NCBI GenBank assembly: GCA_964501355.1
Contig: CAZCSM010000002.1
Span: 5,884-69,883 of the forward strand
Reading direction: 5' to 3'
DNA: 64,000 nucleotides
Source: an uncultured Candidatus Saccharibacteria bacterium
GTDB lineage: Bacteria; Patescibacteriota; Dojkabacteria; CAZCSM01
Of the stretch, positions 59,351 to 64,000 are shown in pieces (positions within the stretch are counted from its first letter, which is position 1; every line of letters begins with the position of its first letter). The notes under the pieces were generated by a model. It had not been told where the DNA came from and did no database searches. It was given only the letters and a program-made list of their open reading frames with translations. A program made the translations under genes and the position numbers.

Positions 59351-60736
59351 ATGGATTCTCATAAAAAATTATTACTCGCTGGATTGTTTGTTATCTCTCT
59401 TGCCATGCCATCCATTCTCTTCGCACAAGGATATACAGATGAATACGGGTTCAAGCAGTCGTATTCTTCTATCCCGACAGAAGTTACGAAGGGAGAAAAC
59501 TTTACGGTAGTTTTGCATTTCGAAAATGTTCCTGACCCTACGGCTCAAAATCAAGGATATATTTTGCAAAATTGTATGATCCAGTCCGGTTTTGCTGACG
59601 GAAGAGATGCGGGAGAACCTGCGGTAGATTTTGTTAGCGGTTATGCTCAACTAGAAGATGGTTCGAAATATTCTTTTACCAAAACAGGAACGGCAACAAT
59701 GCCTGTTATTAGCTTCGATGTTAATGCAGGAGATGATGTTTGGATAAAGGAAGGTAAATCTGCTACAGCAAGTTTTGTACTTAGCACCAGCAAGAGTGTA
59801 ATTAAAGAGACTGATGAGATTTATTTGAATTTGAGCTGTGGGTATAAGGGTGATTTTACACAAATGGAACTTAGTCCTGGAGTTGCAGTAAATCCTCCAC
59901 ACATAAGTATCGTTCCACCTGTGGTTGTAGAACCAGAAATCGAAGATGTTATTACTGGTAATGATATGGACGAACATGGGTGCATTCCATCTGCGGGAAC
60001 GCAATGGTGTGAGAGTTTGCAGAAATGTTATAGAAGCTGGGAGGAGGATTGTCCTGTTGTTACTCCGACACCTGAACCTGAGGAAGATACTGTTTTAACA
60101 ATTGATTTAATTGAGCAGGTTCAGGATTCGTTAGAAATATACTTTGATGATAACTCTACATTAGATGCGGTTACAAATTTTAATATCACTGATGATGAGT
60201 TTGGAATAATTGCCTTTTCAAGTGTTTTGGATTTCAGTGAGGAAGGTGTTGTTGATGAATTAAATAATTTAAAAAATGCTGTTTTTATCGATGAAGGAAT
60301 AATAGATATTGATACAACAAAGGTTTCTGCTCTTGCTGATAAACCTGCTATGATAACTATGAATGGGTTAAGTTTTATAGAAACACCAAGAATTCTTGTT
60401 GATGGAAAAGAAGATGCCGAAGGAATTATTTCGAATATTCAATATGATTTAGAAACTGGAACGTTAACATTTGACGTTACACATTTTACTCGTTTTGAAG
60501 CAGTTGCATCTGAAGAGGAGTCTGTTAAGGTTGAAGATACAGTTATCGCTACAGATGATTCTGACGAACTAACACTTGACCAAGAACGACAAATTTTTAC
60601 AATAGCACTTTCAGTGGTTTTGGCAGTTACAGTTCCTGCCATGGTTTTGCTGAAGAAATGGTTTGTGAAAGAGAAGATGTCTGCAAAAGAATCTAAGAAA
60701 GAAGAAAAGGAAGAGATTCATGATATTACCGCATAG
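59351..60736 (+). CDS. Secreted, C-terminally anchored surface protein
   Basis: Signal peptide; Cys module GNDMDEHGCIPSAGTQWCESLQKCYRSWEEDC; LTFDVTHFTRF; C-terminal TM. Confidence 0.75.
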   Translation: MDSHKKLLLAGLFVISLAMPSILFAQGYTDEYGFKQSYSSIPTEVTKGENFTVVLHFENVPDPTAQNQGYILQNCMIQSGFADGRDAGEPAVDFVSGYAQLEDGSKYSFTKTGTATMPVISFDVNAGDDVWIKEGKSATASFVLSTSKSVIKETDEIYLNLSCGYKGDFTQMELSPGVAVNPPHISIVPPVVVEPEIEDVITGNDMDEHGCIPSAGTQWCESLQKCYRSWEEDCPVVTPTPEPEEDTVLTIDLIEQVQDSLEIYFDDNSTLDAVTNFNITDDEFGIIAFSSVLDFSEEGVVDELNNLKNAVFIDEGIIDIDTTKVSALADKPAMITMNGLSFIETPRILVDGKEDAEGIISNIQYDLETGTLTFDVTHFTRFEAVASEEESVKVEDTVIATDDSDELTLDQERQIFTIALSVVLAVTVPAMVLLKKWFVKEKMSAKESKKEEKEEIHDITA

Positions 60737-60749
60737 AAGTTTCAGTTGT

Positions 60750-60784
60750 ACAAAAGGGGCAGGCTGGAGGCCTGCCCCTTTTGT
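60750..60784. terminator. Bidirectional intrinsic terminator
   Basis: ACAAAAGGGGCAGGC-TGGAG-GCCTGCCCCTTTTGT between convergent genes. Confidence 0.8.
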
Positions 60785-61339
60785 TTAAAACTTCAAAATA
60801 TACTTCCTATATTCTTTATTATCATTTGTAAAATCGGAATCATATTTCAATCCCGCACGTTCCTGCACTCCATATGATTTTTCATTTCCTTTTCTCACTC
60901 TTGCCCAAACTGATTTGAAACCAGCATTTTTATCAACATCAATCATGGCTTTTACTGCATTTGTCATAATTCCCGGATAATCTTCACTTGCCCAGTATCC
61001 AATTTCCGCACCGTCACAATCATTTGATTTCGTATCAACAGCTGCAACTATTTCCCCTTCAGAATTTCGTACCAAAAATACAAAGTGGGTATTTTCGTCC
61101 CAACCCTTTTTCGCCCACTCGATAAAGCCTTTCGCCTTCTCAATCGGATAGGGTTTTCCTTCAAGCTTTTCTTTAAATAGGTAATCGTAAACAGCTTCTT
61201 CATTACAAATCTTTCTAATCTGTTCGTAATCGTTGTTTGTAATATTCATTTTATCAACTCGCCAAAGTTGACAAAGATCACCTGTTTTGAAATTTGTTAT
61301 TTCGATATATTTGAAGTCTGGATATTGTGGTGTGTTCAT
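60785..61339 (-). CDS. GNAT acetyltransferase (RimJ/RimL-like)
   Basis: AEIGYWASEDYPGIMTNAV...NEKSYGVQERAG. Confidence 0.78.
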   Translation of the reverse strand: MNTPQYPDFKYIEITNFKTGDLCQLWRVDKMNITNNDYEQIRKICNEEAVYDYLFKEKLEGKPYPIEKAKGFIEWAKKGWDENTHFVFLVRNSEGEIVAAVDTKSNDCDGAEIGYWASEDYPGIMTNAVKAMIDVDKNAGFKSVWARVRKGNEKSYGVQERAGLKYDSDFTNDNKEYRKYILKF

Positions 61340-61992
61340 CCTATCTTTGTTGTATTAATATATAGAGGTTTCAGCGCAATAATGTCGTCGAATAAATTAT
61401 TCTGAGCTCTGCCATCTGCAATTTGCGCGATGAATCTCGATAAGATTTGATCTCGTTCATCAGTCTTTGCTTGTCCTTGGAATGCTTCCAAAAGGGCATC
61501 TTTATTTGCTGTTGTACCTGTTCCGACAAAGACATAATTCTTGTCTTCTTGGGACAATTCATGAATTATCTCCACAATATCTTTACATCCTTGTTCATTA
61601 TCAAACTGATAATAAACACGGTTATTTCGTGCATCGATTAATGGAATAATTTTAAAATCAGTATCTGCATAATCTTCATCAATTACTTCTATTAAAGCTT
61701 CAAAGCTATTTATTCCAACAATTGGAATGTTTAATCCTTGTGCTAAACCTTTTGCGGTGGCAATGCCGACCCTTGTTCCTGTGTATGATCCCGGACCAGT
61801 TCCAACTGCGATAAGTTCAATCTCTTCGAGTTCAATCATTGCCTTTTCCAGCAAATCTTCAATTTCTGTTGTCAAAACTTCAGAGACACCTTTCAGCGTT
61901 GGCAACGGCTTTTCCCAGATTCTATCAAGTTCAGTATCAAGAATTGATAAATCTGCGGTTTCGCCTGAAGTTTCTAATGATAATATTTTCAT
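61336..61992 (-). CDS. tsaB: tRNA threonylcarbamoyladenosine biosynthesis protein TsaB
   Basis: MKILSLETS, AVGTGPGSYTGTRVG, IDAR, KPLYI; start taken at 61992. Confidence 0.92.
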   Translation of the reverse strand: MKILSLETSGETADLSILDTELDRIWEKPLPTLKGVSEVLTTEIEDLLEKAMIELEEIELIAVGTGPGSYTGTRVGIATAKGLAQGLNIPIVGINSFEALIEVIDEDYADTDFKIIPLIDARNNRVYYQFDNEQGCKDIVEIIHELSQEDKNYVFVGTGTTANKDALLEAFQGQAKTDERDQILSRFIAQIADGRAQNNLFDDIIALKPLYINTTKIG

Positions 61993-62003
61993 GTTTGATA
62001 ATT

Positions 62004-62543
62004 CTAAATCTGTTTTTCTCTTCCTTTGGACACAACTCGTCCGCCTTGCCATTGACCACGATATGCGGCAGTTTCTCCTTTAACTTCCATGAAGATAATG
62101 TGAGCATATCTAGCTCCCATCTCTATTTCAAATTCGCAAGGCCCTGCATTATAAATCCCAAAGTTCAAGATTCCTGAATAGCCGGGATCGATTTCTCCCG
62201 CTCGAAGCAAAACGCCGGATCTAAATAATGTTGTTCTTGGTTTTACAAATGCAATTAAATTATTGGGCATATTTACACTTTCAACTGTTTGCGTGAGGTA
62301 ATATTCACCTGGTTTAATAACAAACGTTCTTCTTTCCTCGGGATTGAATGATGCAACTTCTTCGATATCAACAGTTTCTCTTTCGTCAATTCCTAAAAAT
62401 GTTCGACCTTTTAGTTTGTATAATTTATCAAGTCTTAAATCAAAACCTGCGCCTTCAGGGGTTTCCAATTCTCGATCACAAAGGTTCTCCACAAGTTTAT
62501 TTTCCTTAACAAGTTTGTGAAGTTCAGATATTCCTAAAATCAT
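62004..62543 (-). CDS. dcd: dCTP deaminase / dUTPase family protein
   Basis: GFDLRL, PRTTLFRSG, DPGYSG, YRGQWQG. Confidence 0.75.
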   Translation of the reverse strand: MILGISELHKLVKENKLVENLCDRELETPEGAGFDLRLDKLYKLKGRTFLGIDERETVDIEEVASFNPEERRTFVIKPGEYYLTQTVESVNMPNNLIAFVKPRTTLFRSGVLLRAGEIDPGYSGILNFGIYNAGPCEFEIEMGARYAHIIFMEVKGETAAYRGQWQGGRVVSKGREKQI

Positions 62544-62553
62544 GATTTTAATC

Positions 62554-62991
62554 TTAATTTAAATTAGCTTCGGAAATTTCAATTTCCCGAATTTGGTCAT
62601 CGATATATGCAAACTTTATCCAGATTGCATTTTTCGGAACAATTTCTTCTGCTCGTTCCGGCCACTCTATTGCAACAATTGCTTCAGGATTTCCAATAAC
62701 ATCTTCTAAATCCATGCCATCTAAATCCTTAGCACTGTTCATTCTGTATAAATCCAGATGATAAAAATCCGGTGCATTTTCCCGTTCGTAAATTTTCATA
62801 ACAACGAAGGTTGGGCTTACGATTTGTTCTTCGATTCCAAGAGCTTTTGCGATCCCTTTTGTGAAGTGTGTTTTCCCGCCACCTAAGTCTCCGGTTAGAC
62901 AAACGACATCTCCGCCCTTTAATTTTTGCCCAAGCTTTTCTCCAAGCAGAATAGTCTCGTCTGCTGATTTTGTAATAAATGTTTCTACCAT
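62554..62991 (-). CDS. tsaE: tRNA threonylcarbamoyladenosine biosynthesis ATPase TsaE
   Basis: GDLGGGKT, SPTF, HLDLYR, IEW. Confidence 0.94.
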   Translation of the reverse strand: MVETFITKSADETILLGEKLGQKLKGGDVVCLTGDLGGGKTHFTKGIAKALGIEEQIVSPTFVVMKIYERENAPDFYHLDLYRMNSAKDLDGMDLEDVIGNPEAIVAIEWPERAEEIVPKNAIWIKFAYIDDQIREIEISEANLN

Positions 62992-63227
62992 CTTTTCTCC
63001 CCCGGTTTTAATCTGTAGGTAATTTTGATAAATTCTTCATAGCCAAGCATCATCCCAAGTGCAGGATTTACAAGAGTCCACTTTGCAGTTCTTTTCATAC
63101 TTCGTTTCTTATATTTATGAGTGTTGGCGACCATATATCCCTGATTTGCCATTTCTCTGTTTGACTGATTAATTGCAAAGTTATCTGAAGATTTGAATTC
63201 TTTGACAATTTCGTTCGGCTTTATCAT
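62985..63227 (-). CDS. Small hypothetical protein
   Basis: 80-aa ORF overlapping both neighbours in the minus-strand operon. Confidence 0.55.
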   Translation of the reverse strand: MIKPNEIVKEFKSSDNFAINQSNREMANQGYMVANTHKYKKRSMKRTAKWTLVNPALGMMLGYEEFIKITYRLKPGEKRW

Positions 63228-63721
63228 TATTCCCCGTAATATTTTTCACCTGTAATAATTGCCCAACCTTTTCTTGCAAATCGGTGTTCTATTTCAGCAA
63301 TTACACCCGATTTGAACAAGATTCCCGCAGAAAAAAGAATTCCTATCGAATCAATTAGTACATCTACCAGACTTCCAACTCTCGTTGGAACAAGAGATTG
63401 GTGATATTCATCAAAAGCTGCATAAAGAATCGTTGCAAGTACGGCAATTGTTAACAAAAGGCCTTCTATCATTATCGATGCATCAAAATCTTTTCGTAAC
63501 TCAAATTGTCTAACCTTCGTTCTAACGGTCCAAAGTAGGGATCTGTATGTTAGAATGGTTTGTATTGCAAAGAAGAAAACATGTGCGGCTTTTCGTAAAA
63601 TCATATCCCATTGGTTTTCTACAATATGTAGATCCGGCTGTTCGGAAAGATAGAAAATGATTGCTGCCCATGCAATCGTGCTTGCCCAGTAGTAGACGAG
63701 ACTGATTGATCGTTTTGACAT
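63227..63721 (-). CDS. VanZ family membrane protein
   Basis: IFYLSEQP, RKAAH, YAAFDEYHQSLVPTR...DVLID; ATG 63721 preferred. Confidence 0.85.
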   Translation of the reverse strand: MSKRSISLVYYWASTIAWAAIIFYLSEQPDLHIVENQWDMILRKAAHVFFFAIQTILTYRSLLWTVRTKVRQFELRKDFDASIMIEGLLLTIAVLATILYAAFDEYHQSLVPTRVGSLVDVLIDSIGILFSAGILFKSGVIAEIEHRFARKGWAIITGEKYYGE

Positions 63722-63890
63722 TGTATTATCATTGGAAATTAAGTTAGTAATATTGTAGCAGAAATATGAAAGAGATGGGAGAGAAGAAAATATTGTATAA
63801 GTTGCGATACATGTTACGAATCGTAAATAGAGGACCTGCTTCAGAATAACGACAATTTTAGTAATCATACGAAAACAAAGTTCTTTCTCT

Positions 63891-64000
63891 CATACTTTTG
63901 AGACCAAAAGTATACAAAAGTCTTGGGGTGAATAAGTGCCCTTCGTACACGAACTAATTACAAATAGCAACCGGCATCATTCACCCCAAACCCCAGATTT
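63891..64000. repeat. Structured dispersed element, copy 6 (truncated by the window end)
   Basis: ATACTTTTG-AGAC-CAAAAGTAT-ACAAAAG; stem 63923-63935/63977-63989; TGCC/GGCA inner stem; CAAATAGCAACC loop motif. Confidence 0.85.

Noticed and set aside
61993-62052. N-terminal extensions in the ORF track (tsaB; also VanZ 63722-63868, GT2 22364-22420, fcl 23709-23732)
   Set aside because: They overlap neighbouring genes or non-coding regions; downstream ATGs match the family N-termini.
1541-64000. CRISPR array or group II intron remnants as the explanation for the six-copy element
   Set aside because: Copies are kilobases apart with no repeat-spacer periodicity and no cas genes; no group II domain V/VI motif is recognisable.
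1-64000. rRNA, tRNA, transposase, integrase or prophage genes
   Set aside because: No such motifs were recognised in the ORF track or the intergenic sequence.

Overview
AT-rich bacterial chromosomal segment, standard stop codons. Gene content (DUF4012, DUF4013 and DUF2330 proteins, dimeric GlyQS, many membrane-anchored acidic proteins) suggests a Patescibacteria/CPR genome, possibly Dojkabacteria-like; this is inference. About 8.5-51.5 kb is a large surface-glycan locus: galE, galU-like, a galacturonokinase-like GHMP kinase, manC, gmd, rmd-like, glmS, fcl, about 11 glycosyltransferases, methyltransferases, a flippase, wzm/wzt, a WbdD-like methyltransferase with a coiled-coil ruler, and a priming transferase. 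Two-component genes are interspersed. The right end carries recO, a T-box-controlled glyQS, a TrmH-family gene, prfB and tsaD/tsaB/dcd/tsaE. The most unusual signals are non-coding. (1) Six same-strand copies of a ~140-nt structured element whose stems differ in sequence but keep pairing and length, and whose loops show four repeats of a CARATARCAACC-like motif. (2) Three four-helix-bundle (IVS/Avd-like) genes, each bracketed by its own inverted arrays of 7-, 10- or 11-nt repeats, plus gene-less copies of the 7-mer type. (3) A candidate ~70-nt promoter-to-terminator small RNA after glyQS. (4) REP-like palindromes, some inserted in frame in glycosyltransferase genes. No rRNA, tRNA, CRISPR array, transposase, integrase or reverse transcriptase was seen. 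All family assignments come from motif recognition by eye, not database searches.
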